A stretch of 64,000 bases of DNA. Origin: Longimicrobiales bacterium (GTDB taxonomy: Bacteria; Gemmatimonadota; Gemmatimonadetes; Longimicrobiales; Gaopeijiaceae). Below are positions 1 through 9,222 of the stretch, piece by piece (position 1 is the stretch's first letter; the number at the start of each line of letters is the position of its first letter). The stretch is from positions 1,280,001 through 1,344,000 of the forward strand of contig CAXXKM010000003.1 in NCBI GenBank assembly GCA_963664435.2, read 5' to 3'. The translations under genes and the position numbers were made by a program. The notes beneath the pieces were generated by a model. That model ran no database searches. It was not told the DNA's origin and was given only the letters and a program-made list of their open reading frames with translations.

Positions 1-19
1 CCCGTGGAGGTCGGGCATC

Positions 20-1234
20 TCAGTTACGCGTCAGCCGAAGAACCTGCGGATGCTCGACATCCATTTCATCGCGCCAAACGCCGAGTACGGCGTCCACGGT
101 GATGTCCGTCACCCTGAAGCGATCGGGAACTTCGACGGTTCCGAGCCAGGTTCCATCGGCGTCCAGAATGAGCCATTCCTGCGGGCGGTCCTGTTCGCTT
201 CTTCCGCGGTACAGCTCGAGCCAGACCGCGGCCGACGGGTCCACGAGCATTTCTGCGTAGGCGGGCCGGGCAACCGGCGAGGGCAATGCCGCGTTAATCC
301 GCCGGATGAACGGAGGAAGCGTCATGCCGGGGGGAAGCTCGACGTCGAGGTGGGCATCCCGTTCCGCCGCGACCTGGGCATCGGTCAAGGCCAGGGGATA
401 GTCGGGAATGCGAAGGATGCGCACAACAGTTCCGGTCATGCCCAACTCGTCCACCTGCATCAAATCGGAAGAACCCCGGAAGATGCGCCGGCCCAGGACC
501 GCGATGTGGGATCTCCTCGCGAAGAGGGACGCCGCGTCCGCCCATTGTTCCTCGTCACGATACACGTAGCTTTCGGACCCGCGCGTCTCGCCGATGCTGT
601 CGATCCGGACCCCATTCAGGTCGAAGAGCATGAGAGCCTCCGGGGGCCGAACCAGTTCGTTGGCGACATCCTCCCACGCTGCCGGCGAGTATGACTCCGT
701 CAGGATGGCGCCGGCGCCGAGGTAGTACAGATCGGTCGTCGAGTGAGGAAGGGTAAGGGTGCGAAGCACTGCCAGATCGGAGGCGACCACGGTGACGCGT
801 CCGTCATAGTCCAGGGCCAGCAGGGTGTCGCCGGCGTGCTTGATGCGCTGGAGGTTGCTGAATTCTCCGGGGCCCTGGCCGGGCCCGCCGAAGGATCCCA
901 GGTGCTCGCCGGATCCCGTGAACACCCGCACTTCCTGCGAGTTGCGGTCGATCACCGCGATGGACCCGTCGGGACGACGCATTACGGTGCCGACGCGGAA
1001 GAACTCGTGGGCGGGGCTGGAACCGGAAAGGGTCAGATCGAGGACGGGTTCCGGATCGATGCTCCAGAGGCTCGAATCGCCCCAGAGCGGCCGCATCGCC
1101 TCGACGACCTGGATGCCGGCGCTGTCCCGCTGAACGACCAGGGGCGGGCCGGCATCCCCGGGAGAGCAGGAGACCATGCCGAAGACCACGAGGAATGCGG
1201 CCCTCCTGAGACGGACAGCCGATTGTGAAGCCAT
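20..1234 (-). CDS. 6-bladed beta-propeller-like lipoprotein (array copy 1)
   Basis: ORF 20..1264; start moved to MASQ (1234) because GAGGA lies just upstream. Lipobox-like VFGMVSC, GxGPGEF motif, C-terminal DEMDVEHPQVLRL; paralog of the next two genes. Confidence 0.8.
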   Translation of the reverse strand: MASQSAVRLRRAAFLVVFGMVSCSPGDAGPPLVVQRDSAGIQVVEAMRPLWGDSSLWSIDPEPVLDLTLSGSSPAHEFFRVGTVMRRPDGSIAVIDRNSQEVRVFTGSGEHLGSFGGPGQGPGEFSNLQRIKHAGDTLLALDYDGRVTVVASDLAVLRTLTLPHSTTDLYYLGAGAILTESYSPAAWEDVANELVRPPEALMLFDLNGVRIDSIGETRGSESYVYRDEEQWADAASLFARRSHIAVLGRRIFRGSSDLMQVDELGMTGTVVRILRIPDYPLALTDAQVAAERDAHLDVELPPGMTLPPFIRRINAALPSPVARPAYAEMLVDPSAAVWLELYRGRSEQDRPQEWLILDADGTWLGTVEVPDRFRVTDITVDAVLGVWRDEMDVEHPQVLRLTRN

Positions 1235-1299
1235 TGTCATTCCTCGCCCGGGGGTATCGGACATCTTCAGTTGCGCGTCAGCCGCAGCACCTGCGGATG
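1047..1299. repeat. 253-bp direct repeat, copy A (3' end of gene 2, intergenic spacer, 5' end of gene 1)
   Basis: Matches 2264-2516 at an offset of 1217 bp with about 7 mismatches counted by eye. Confidence 0.9.
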
Positions 1300-2451
1300 G
1301 TCGACATCCAGTTCGTCGTCCCAGACACCGAGTACGGCATCCATGGTGATGTCCGACACGCTGAAGCGGTCCGGGATCTCGACTGTCCCGAGCCAGGTCC
1401 CATCAGCGTCCAGAACCAGCCATTCCTCCGGCTGGTCCTGCTCGCTCGCTCCGCGGTAGAGTTCGAGCCAGACCGCCCCCGAGGGGTCGACCAGGATGTC
1501 GTTGTAGGCAGGGCGTGTATCCGACGCGGGCGCGTCTTCGAACCCCTGCCGAAAGGGAGAGCCGGGCGGACTTCGGTCGAGAAAGAAATCCCGCTCTGCG
1601 GCGATCTGGGCGTCGCTCAGGTCGAGGGGGTAGCCGGGAATGCGCAGGATGCGCACGGGATTCCCGGAAACATCCAGCTCCTCCACCTGCATGATGTCGT
1701 TGGCGCCATTGAAGATGCGCTGTCCCATGGCCGCGATGTGAGATGATTTGCCGAAGAATACGCCGACCGTCCCGCCGTATACATAAAGCTCGGGTCCTCG
1801 TGTCTCGCCGATGCTGTCGATCTGCTCTCCTTCCAGATCGAAGAGGACGAGCGGATCAGGCCGCCGAGTCCTCCCGGCGACACCGGCCTGGGGCAACACC
1901 AGCGCCCGCGGCTCAGGGAGGATCGCTCCGCCGTCCACGTAGTGCAGGTCCAGCGTCAAGGGAGCGATGTTGAAGGTCCGGACCACAGTCAGGTCTGGGG
2001 CAACCACCGCGACGCGTCCATCGGAATCCATGGCCAGCAAGGTGTCTCCGGCATTCTCGATCACATACAGGCTCCTGAATTCGCCTGGTCCGTCTCCACT
2101 CCCGCCGAACGACCCCTGGAACTCGCCGGTCGCGGAGTACACCCGCACCTCCTCCGAGCCCGTGTTGGCAATCATGAGAGAGCCGTCCGGACGCTGCTTC
2201 ATGCTGCGGGCCTGATAGAACTCATGCTGCGGGCCGCTACCGGTAAGCGTGAGGTCCACGACCGGTTCCGGATCGATGCTCCAGAGGCTCGAATCGCCCC
2301 AGAGCGGCCGCATCGCCTCGATGATCTGGATGCCGGCGCTGTCCCGCTGGACGACCAGGGGCGGGCCGGCATCCCCGGGAGAGCAGGATGCCATGCCGAA
2401 GACCACGAGTAATGCGGCCCTCCTGAGACGGACAGCCGATTGTGAAGCCAT
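1267..2451 (-). CDS. 6-bladed beta-propeller-like lipoprotein (array copy 2)
   Basis: ORF 1267..2481, same RBS/start logic. FGMASC lipobox, GDGPGEF, C-terminal DELDVDHPQVLRLTRN. Confidence 0.8.
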   Translation of the reverse strand: MASQSAVRLRRAALLVVFGMASCSPGDAGPPLVVQRDSAGIQIIEAMRPLWGDSSLWSIDPEPVVDLTLTGSGPQHEFYQARSMKQRPDGSLMIANTGSEEVRVYSATGEFQGSFGGSGDGPGEFRSLYVIENAGDTLLAMDSDGRVAVVAPDLTVVRTFNIAPLTLDLHYVDGGAILPEPRALVLPQAGVAGRTRRPDPLVLFDLEGEQIDSIGETRGPELYVYGGTVGVFFGKSSHIAAMGQRIFNGANDIMQVEELDVSGNPVRILRIPGYPLDLSDAQIAAERDFFLDRSPPGSPFRQGFEDAPASDTRPAYNDILVDPSGAVWLELYRGASEQDQPEEWLVLDADGTWLGTVEIPDRFSVSDITMDAVLGVWDDELDVDHPQVLRLTRN

Positions 2452-2516
2452 TGTCATTCCTCGCCCAGGGGTATCGGACATCTTCAGTTGCGCGTCAGCC
2501 GCAGCACCTGCGGATG
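2264..2516. repeat. 253-bp direct repeat, copy B (3' end of gene 3, intergenic spacer, 5' end of gene 2)
   Basis: Matches 1047-1299. Confidence 0.9.
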
Positions 2517-3695
2517 CTCGACATCCAGTTCATCTTCCCAGACACCGAGCACGGTCTCCATCGTGATGTCCATTACCGTGAAGCGCCGCGGGACCTCGAC
2601 AGTCCCGAGCCAGGTCCCCTCCGGGTCCAGCACCAGCCACGCCCGTGGCCGGTCCTGCTCGCTTTCTCCGCGGAAGAGTTCCAGCCAGACCGCACCGGAG
2701 GGATCCACAAGCAGCTCGGCGTAGGCTGGACGGGTCGCCGCGTCCGGCAGGTCTTCGGCCAACCGCCGGAAGACCGATGTCGACCCCGGCCGAAACGCCC
2801 CGAGACGGGCATCGCGCTCGGCCGCTACCTGGGCGTCGCTCAGGTCCAGCGGATAGCCGGGAATACGGAGAATGCGCACAAGACTGCCGGACATATCCAG
2901 CTCTTCCACCTGCATCGCGTCCGCCGAACCCCGGAAGATGCGCTGTCCCAGGACGGCGATGTGAGATGTCTTGCCAAAAAGGGGCGGGGCCCCCGCGACC
3001 ATTCCGTCTCGGACATACGCATAGCTTTCGATCCCGCGCGTCTCGCCGATGCTGTCGATCCGCTCCCCATCCAGATTGAAGAGAATCAGAGGCTCGGCAT
3101 GCCGATTCACTTCGTTGGGGGCATTCCCCTGAGGCCTCGGCGAGTAGCTCTCGGTCAAGATCGCGCCACCGCCCAGGTAATGCAGGTTGTTGGTGGAGGG
3201 AGCGAGGTTGAAGGTGCGAACCACCGCCAGATCGGGCGCGGCCACCGTGATGCGTCCCCTCCCGAGGGCGAGCAGGCTGTCGCCCGCGATCTCAATCGCC
3301 TGCAGGTTGCTGAATTCGCCGGGACCTTGTCCTCGACCGCCGAAGGACCCCAGGAACTCGCCGGTTGCGGAGAACACCCGCACCTCCTGGGAGCTCCCGT
3401 CGGCAATCATGAGAGAGCCGTCCGGGCGTTGCTTCATACTCCGGGCGCGGAAGAACTCGTGGGGCGGGCCGGTGCCGGAGAGCGAGAGGTCGACGGCCGG
3501 CTCCGTACCGACGCTCCAGAGGCTGGAATCGCCCCACAGCGGCCGCATCGCCTCGACGATCTGGATGCCGGCGCTATCGCGCTCGACCACAAGGGGCGGG
3601 CGGGAGTCCTGACCGGCGGTGAAGGAGGGCAACCCGCACAGCGGAAGAGCGACGAGGCAGCAGAGAATCGACTTGCGGTGAAACGGCTTCGTCAT
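2484..3695 (-). CDS. 6-bladed beta-propeller-like exported protein (array copy 3)
   Basis: 403 aa ORF; different signal peptide, then the same PPLVVxRDSAGIQIVEAMRPLWGDSSLWS block, GQGPGEF and DELDVEHPQVLRLTRN. Confidence 0.8.
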   Translation of the reverse strand: MTKPFHRKSILCCLVALPLCGLPSFTAGQDSRPPLVVERDSAGIQIVEAMRPLWGDSSLWSVGTEPAVDLSLSGTGPPHEFFRARSMKQRPDGSLMIADGSSQEVRVFSATGEFLGSFGGRGQGPGEFSNLQAIEIAGDSLLALGRGRITVAAPDLAVVRTFNLAPSTNNLHYLGGGAILTESYSPRPQGNAPNEVNRHAEPLILFNLDGERIDSIGETRGIESYAYVRDGMVAGAPPLFGKTSHIAVLGQRIFRGSADAMQVEELDMSGSLVRILRIPGYPLDLSDAQVAAERDARLGAFRPGSTSVFRRLAEDLPDAATRPAYAELLVDPSGAVWLELFRGESEQDRPRAWLVLDPEGTWLGTVEVPRRFTVMDITMETVLGVWEDELDVEHPQVLRLTRN

Positions 3696-3711
3696 CGTCG
3701 TCCGGCCGTCC

Positions 3712-5223
3712 TTACCAGCTCCACCCCGGATCCACGGCCTTCACCACCATGCCGAGCGCCTCGTACTCGCGGTCGGTGCGGTCGGGGGCGTGGGCAGCCG
3801 CCGAGCGGTGGCTCTGCACGACGATCACCAGGTCGCGCGAGGGGACGATGTAGGTCCGCTGATGCCCGGCCCCGGACGGGTTGTAGGCGTCCGGGGGAAG
3901 CTGGGGAACGCGCCCTCCCCTGCCCTCGGCGTCGGCGGTGTTGAGCCAGAAGAGGCCGCCGTAGTAGGGCTCATCCCAGGCAGGGGCAGGAGACCGCACG
4001 AAGTCAACGAACTCCTCGGTGAGGAGCCGTTCGCCGTTCCACATGCCGCGATTGAGGTAGAGCATCCCGAATCGCGCCCAGTTGCGGGCGGTGCCGTAGT
4101 TGTAGCCGGTGAGCAGAAAGTTGCCGTACGGATCCGTCTCCATGATGAAGCGGCGGATGCCGATCTTGTCGAAGAGGGCGCGCTGCGGCCAGCTCAGGTA
4201 CTCCTCGCCCAGCTCGTTCTCCACCGTGCGTTTGACAATGTAGCCCAGCGTCCAGGGGTCGGAGTTGCGATACCGGCCGACGGTGTTGGGCGGAAACTCG
4301 GCGTCGCGGCTGATGGAGAACTGGAAGGCGTCGATGGGCGCCACGTAGCCCATGCGGTGGTCCACCTGCCCCGGGACGAAGGACGCCGCCATCTGCTCCG
4401 GGCTGGCGTCCGTGTTGCTGAAGCGGAGACCGCTCGACATGCGCAGCAGGTCGGCGATGCGAATCTCGGCGCGCGGGTCGCCGGGCGAATTCTGCCACTC
4501 GGGCACGGGCGCGGGCTGCCAGATCTCCAGGTGCCCCATCTGGATGAGTCGGCCGATCAGGGTCGCGGTCATGCTCTTCGCCATCGACCAACTCTCGAGC
4601 TGCGTGTGCATGTGGATGCCGGGGCCGTAGTCCTCGGCGAGAATGCGCCCGCGATGGACGACCAGGAAGGCGGCCCGGTTGTCGCCCTCGGTGAAGAAGG
4701 TCTCGACGGCCTGGTCGAGCAGTTCGCCGTCCACGCCCTCCGGGAGGGGCTCGTCCGGGAGCATGTCGCCCATCGGCCAAGGGGTGGTTTCGGCGTCCGG
4801 GAGCGCGCTTGCCACCTCGCGCGGCGTGAAGAACACCCCGTCGGTGTCGGGCGGGAGGATCACGCAGCCCTGGTCGCCGAAGTGCCGCGCGCGCGCCGAG
4901 ACCCCGTTCTGCGAGACGGTGATGATGCGCCTGTCCTCGTCCACGTCGAAGACCAGGCTCCCGCCCTCGTAGTCGCGCACCTGCTCCTCGCTGTTCAGCA
5001 CGCTGCCATAGAGCGCCTCGGTGCGGTCACGCTCCGACACCCAGATGCCGGAGCAGTAGCGCTTGGCGGGCCCGCTGAGCAGGTAGTAGAGGGGCGGGCC
5101 GTTCGGGGCTGCGGCTGTCGCCGCGGGATCGGCGGAGGCTGCCGAGCCGGCATCGGCCTCGGTGCATGCGAGCAGGGGCAGGGCAACGACCACGATCGAA
5201 CTGATGACTGCGATCCTTCTCAT
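3712..5223 (-). CDS. Serine hydrolase, beta-lactamase class C-like family (lipoprotein)
   Basis: SxxK motif (SMAK), YxN (YRN), ARNWARFG, lipobox LLAC. Confidence 0.85.
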   Translation of the reverse strand: MRRIAVISSIVVVALPLLACTEADAGSAASADPAATAAAPNGPPLYYLLSGPAKRYCSGIWVSERDRTEALYGSVLNSEEQVRDYEGGSLVFDVDEDRRIITVSQNGVSARARHFGDQGCVILPPDTDGVFFTPREVASALPDAETTPWPMGDMLPDEPLPEGVDGELLDQAVETFFTEGDNRAAFLVVHRGRILAEDYGPGIHMHTQLESWSMAKSMTATLIGRLIQMGHLEIWQPAPVPEWQNSPGDPRAEIRIADLLRMSSGLRFSNTDASPEQMAASFVPGQVDHRMGYVAPIDAFQFSISRDAEFPPNTVGRYRNSDPWTLGYIVKRTVENELGEEYLSWPQRALFDKIGIRRFIMETDPYGNFLLTGYNYGTARNWARFGMLYLNRGMWNGERLLTEEFVDFVRSPAPAWDEPYYGGLFWLNTADAEGRGGRVPQLPPDAYNPSGAGHQRTYIVPSRDLVIVVQSHRSAAAHAPDRTDREYEALGMVVKAVDPGWSW

Positions 5224-5434
5224 GGTCCCTCTTCTCCCATCGTACCTGATGTGCCGCAGCAGAACGCTGTCGGCGATCGGGTTGCCGCATCACCGGGGCT
5301 CGAGTTGGTGATCGGCCGCAACCGTCATCCCGGCAACATTCCTCCGGGCGTCGGCAACACGCAAGGCATGGTTCGCGGGAGCATCCGACATTGCCCCTGC
5401 AGCGCGTCACCACACACGGCACCCCTGCCGAGTT

Positions 5435-5497
5435 TTCCTGCCCTTTGACAGGAACGAAACACCGAATACGTTCATATCGTCGTCAACTGACGTTCAT
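5435..5497 (+). promoter_or_regulatory. Sigma70-type promoter and candidate operators of the TA operon
   Basis: TTGACA (5445-5450), 16 bp, TACGTT (5467-5472). Inverted repeat TTCCTG-N8-CAGGAA (5435-5454) over the -35; ACGTTCAT direct repeat at 5468 and 5490. Confidence 0.55.
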
Positions 5498-5528
5498 TTG
5501 GACATTTCCGATCGCGAGAGGGAGCGCT

Positions 5529-6023
5529 ATGGCAGGCAAACCAACAAGCGGGACGATGCCAACGCCACACTACGACGGCGGTGACTCCTTCAGCCTCAAG
5601 GAACTCGCGGGACGCATGGTCCGCGAAACAAACCCCGTGTACGGGGACGGCTCCGGCCTGGAAGCGGTTCGCAAGGCGGTTGCCGACGGGCTTCCGGCTG
5701 AAGCGGTCAAGCAGCTCCAGGTCGAGCTCAAGCGTTTTGGCGTTCGACGCGCCTCGGACTATGTGAACGGTATCGTTCCCCGAGCCACCCTGCAGCGTAG
5801 GGAACATCTCAGGGAGGACGAAGGCGAGACGGTCCTGCGAGTGGCGTCGATCATCGCGCTGGCTGCCGATGTGTGGGGGAACGACGAGTGGGCTGCGGAA
5901 TGGCTCACCTGTCAGCACCCCATGCTGGGCGGTGCGCGCCCGATCGACCGGGCCTTGTCCGCTGTGGGTGCGCGACAGGTCGAGCACATTCTGTACTCTC
6001 TCGATCTCGGCCTGCCGGCCTGA
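5529..6023 (+). CDS. Antitoxin, Xre/MbcA/ParS family
   Basis: IVPRATLQRR, C-terminal AAEWL..HPMLGG.RPID..G.RQVE..L pattern; directly upstream of a RES gene; GAGGGAG RBS before ATG 5529. Confidence 0.85.
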   Translation: MAGKPTSGTMPTPHYDGGDSFSLKELAGRMVRETNPVYGDGSGLEAVRKAVADGLPAEAVKQLQVELKRFGVRRASDYVNGIVPRATLQRREHLREDEGETVLRVASIIALAADVWGNDEWAAEWLTCQHPMLGGARPIDRALSAVGARQVEHILYSLDLGLPA

Positions 6024-6026
6024 CGA

Positions 6027-6470
6027 TTGAACGTCTACAGAATCCATCGCCCGCGCTATCCGGCCCTCGATGGAATCGGTGCGGGCCTGGTCGGCGGACG
6101 TTGGAATCCGCGGGGCGTTCGCATGGTCTACGCATCACTGGCTTACGAGGGAGCAATGCTGGAGCAGTTGGCGCATACGACGACGGGCAGACTCCCCGTC
6201 ACACGCATCGCGTCCCGCATCGTGATCCCGGAGGACTGCCCTGTTCCTGTGGTTGGCGAGGCGGAACGTCCGGACTGGCGCAACGCGGCCCGATCGCGCG
6301 AGATCGGCGCGCAGTGGGTGGAGTCGGGCCGGTCCGTTGCGCTGAGGGTTCCCTCCTTCGTCGCGCAGCCCTGGGGCTGGAACGTGATCCTCAACCCGCT
6401 GCATCCGGACTTCGAGCGCGTGAGCGTGGCAGAGGCTGTCGACGTAGTTTGGGATGCACGCTTCCTGTGA
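6027..6470 (+). CDS. RES-domain toxin (NAD+ phosphorylase/ADP-ribosyltransferase family)
   Basis: YRI, GGRWN, YAS..AMLE, LRVPS, NVILNPLHPDF. Confidence 0.9.
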   Translation: MNVYRIHRPRYPALDGIGAGLVGGRWNPRGVRMVYASLAYEGAMLEQLAHTTTGRLPVTRIASRIVIPEDCPVPVVGEAERPDWRNAARSREIGAQWVESGRSVALRVPSFVAQPWGWNVILNPLHPDFERVSVAEAVDVVWDARFL

Positions 6471-6495
6471 TGCGAGCTTCTTCCGGAGGACTTCG

Positions 6496-7917
6496 ATGCG
6501 CGTGATCCATCCCCGGCCCGAGTCCGGGCACAGCCTGACGATGATCTTCGCCGCCGCCCTGTTGCTCGCAGTCCCGCTCCCCGCAAGCGCCCAGACCCGC
6601 TCGCCCATCGACGCAGACACCCGCTGGACTCTGGCGGGGGCGGGCGACGTGATCATGAACCGCCGCGTGATGCAGTTCGATCATCCCGGGGATCCCGCCT
6701 TCGAGGAGTTGGTCGACGTCATCCAGGGGGCGGACGCCGCCTTCATGAACCTGGAGCAGTCGGTCTTCCGCCTGCAGGAGTTCACCGGATGGCCGGCGGC
6801 CGAGAACGGGGGCAACTACGAGGTGGGCTCGCCGGAGACGCTGAAGGACCTCGTCGACATGGGCTTCGACCTCTTCAACCGGGCCAACAACCACACCACC
6901 GACTACGGGGTGGAGGGCATGCGCCTTACCGGCCAGCTCATGGACGAATGGGGGCTGGTGCATGCCGGCGCGGGAGAAAACCTGGGATGGGCCAGCCGCC
7001 CGGGGTACCTGGAGACGCCCAAGGGGCGCATCGCGCTGATCGGGATGGCGTCGAGTCACACGCCGATGTCGCGCGCCGGCCGGGCCGGTCCCACCGTGCA
7101 GGGGCGCCCGGGGCTGAACGCGCTCCGGCTGAACACCCGCCACGAGGGATCACCCGCGACCATGGAAGCCCTGCGCGAGGTGGCTGGGGCGCAGGGTCTC
7201 GAAGTAGGGGACGACGAGGGGGTGCCGGTGCGGGCCTTCGGGATCACCGTGTATCCCGGAGACGAAGACCGCACCATCGTCACGCTGAACGACGTCGACC
7301 GCGAGCGGGTGCTGCACGAGGTGCGCAACGCCACCGATCAGGGCGACTACGTGGTCGCCAACAGCCATTCACACGAGCCCGGCAACGCCTTCATGACGCC
7401 GCCGGACTGGATGGTCGAGTTCGCGCGCCAGGTCATCGACGCCGGGGCCGCCACCTTCATCATCCATGGTCCGCACCAGCTGCGCGGCGTGGAGATCCAC
7501 AACGGCCGGCCCATCTTCTATTCGCTGGGCGACTTCATCTTCCAGAACGAAACCATCGACCCGATGCCGTCCGACCAGCGCGACCGCTACGGCCTCCCGC
7601 TGGACCGGCTTGCCTCGGAGATCTACGACACCCGCTTCCGGGTCGACGAGAACGGTAACCCGACGACCGGCTTTCCGACCGATTCACGCTGGTACGAGAG
7701 CGTGGTGCCGGTGGTGACCTTCGAGGGAAGCGAAGCGGTGGAAATCGTCTTCCACCCGATCGAGCTGGGCTGGAAGGCGCCCCGGTCGCAGCGGGGCACG
7801 CCGCGCATCGCCCCGGAGGAGCTGGGGCGCAGGATCATCGAGCACCTGGCGGAGCTGTCGCGCCCCTTCGGGACGGAGATCGTCTACGAGAACGGGGTGG
7901 GGGTGTGGAGGCGGTAA
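6496..7917 (+). CDS. CapA (PGA_cap) family metallophosphoesterase-like exported protein
   Basis: GGAGGA RBS; signal peptide ending ASA-Q; AGDV, NLE, ANNHTTDYG, HSH, HGPH, YSLGDF. Confidence 0.85.
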   Translation: MRVIHPRPESGHSLTMIFAAALLLAVPLPASAQTRSPIDADTRWTLAGAGDVIMNRRVMQFDHPGDPAFEELVDVIQGADAAFMNLEQSVFRLQEFTGWPAAENGGNYEVGSPETLKDLVDMGFDLFNRANNHTTDYGVEGMRLTGQLMDEWGLVHAGAGENLGWASRPGYLETPKGRIALIGMASSHTPMSRAGRAGPTVQGRPGLNALRLNTRHEGSPATMEALREVAGAQGLEVGDDEGVPVRAFGITVYPGDEDRTIVTLNDVDRERVLHEVRNATDQGDYVVANSHSHEPGNAFMTPPDWMVEFARQVIDAGAATFIIHGPHQLRGVEIHNGRPIFYSLGDFIFQNETIDPMPSDQRDRYGLPLDRLASEIYDTRFRVDENGNPTTGFPTDSRWYESVVPVVTFEGSEAVEIVFHPIELGWKAPRSQRGTPRIAPEELGRRIIEHLAELSRPFGTEIVYENGVGVWRR

Positions 7918-9163
7918 ACCGGCTCACCACGAGCGTCGGCACATCGAGTTCGTCGCGTTCGAGGTGGACCGCGAGACCATCGGGCCCGAAAGCGGCGGGC
8001 ATCCCCGGGTCGCCGGCAGGCAGCGTGCCGAGGTACTCGCGATCCGCGTTGAAGACATCGATCGGGCCTTCGTCGTCCCATGGATCCTCGCCGCGGCGCT
8101 GGATCCAAAGCCCGCCGTCCCAAGTGGCCTTCAACCCTCGCACCACGGGGATTTCGTGGTAGAACCCGCGCTCGCGAATCCTCCGCCGGCGCCCCTCCGG
8201 ATCCGACGCCATGAAAGGCAGACCTGTCGAGGGAGCGTTCTCGTACCGCTCCTCGAGGCGTTCGAGGTGGTAGGCGATCGTTGCCCGCCGGATGCGCTGG
8301 GAAAGCGCTTGCGGCGAGAGCGCCCGTCTCAGTACGTGAGTGACCGATCCATCGGGAGAGGCGAGCTTGATGGCGTACGCCGAGGAGTCGGAGTAGGCGA
8401 TGGCGCCGCCGGGCAGCACATCCCAATGAAATCCCGGCTCGAAGTAACGGTCTTCCATCGACGCGACCACCTTCCCCCAATCCTCTTCGTCGGCGGGTGA
8501 CAGCCGGGGTTCCGCGCGAGGAGCCCTCCATCCCTGCAGGATCGGCGTTGATACCACCACGTCGCCGGAGAAGTCCAGTGTCTCGAGTGCCCGGTCGTCG
8601 ACCCCCGGCGAAGCCTGGTTGTCCTGGTGCCCCATGAGCCGGTTCATGCGGTTCACCATCTCGACCAGCACGCCCCCGACGCCTTGAGCGATGATCCTCT
8701 CGCCCCGCTGATCGGCCCGAATCTCTTCGTGAGAGAGGGCGCTGGATAGAGGTTTGTCCTCGTCGTCCATCCTGACGAACCGCTCGAGGTAGCCTTCCGG
8801 ACTGAACACCTGGATCGCGGCATGGCGGAGGTCGGGCACGGCGATGCGGCCGTCGCGCCACACCGCGAGGGCCATTAATTGCCGGAACTCGCCGGGCCCC
8901 TCGCCCTTGCGGCCGACGGCACGCACAAGTCGGCCGTCGGGTCCGATGACGACGACCCGATTGTCCAGGACATCCAGCACCACCAGGTTGCCGGCACCGT
9001 CGAAGCTCATCCGCAAGCCAGGCCCGAAGAACGCCCATTCCTCCTGCGCGTCCACACCGCCAACACGGTATACCTCGGTCATGTCCAAGGTCATCGTATG
9101 GTCCTGCGCGACGGCCGGGGCGGCGAGAAGGGTCGCCAGGATCTGGCAGGCGATTCGTTTCAT
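7835..9163 (-). CDS. 6-bladed beta-propeller-like exported protein
   Basis: Signal peptide AVA-Q, GRKGEGPGEF, C-terminal ERDELDVP; 3' end overlaps the convergent CapA gene by 83 bp. Confidence 0.75.
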   Translation of the reverse strand: MKRIACQILATLLAAPAVAQDHTMTLDMTEVYRVGGVDAQEEWAFFGPGLRMSFDGAGNLVVLDVLDNRVVVIGPDGRLVRAVGRKGEGPGEFRQLMALAVWRDGRIAVPDLRHAAIQVFSPEGYLERFVRMDDEDKPLSSALSHEEIRADQRGERIIAQGVGGVLVEMVNRMNRLMGHQDNQASPGVDDRALETLDFSGDVVVSTPILQGWRAPRAEPRLSPADEEDWGKVVASMEDRYFEPGFHWDVLPGGAIAYSDSSAYAIKLASPDGSVTHVLRRALSPQALSQRIRRATIAYHLERLEERYENAPSTGLPFMASDPEGRRRRIRERGFYHEIPVVRGLKATWDGGLWIQRRGEDPWDDEGPIDVFNADREYLGTLPAGDPGMPAAFGPDGLAVHLERDELDVPTLVVSRFTASTPPPRSRRRSPSRRGATAPPGAR

Positions 9164-9222
9164 CGGGCCCTCATCGCAACGTTGGGTGCCTCGTGCCGGA
9201 CTTCAGGGCGTTTCTGGTTACT

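Noticed and set aside
1..3700. Propeller array as a DGR target, integron cassette array or CRISPR
   Set aside because: No reverse transcriptase, integrase, attC-like hairpin or short spaced repeats were seen; the repeats are parts of the coding paralogs and variation is not adenine-specific.
3712..5223. Antibiotic-resistance beta-lactamase call
   Set aside because: SxxK/YxN are shared by the wide class C-like esterase/amidase family; nothing specifically supports beta-lactam resistance.
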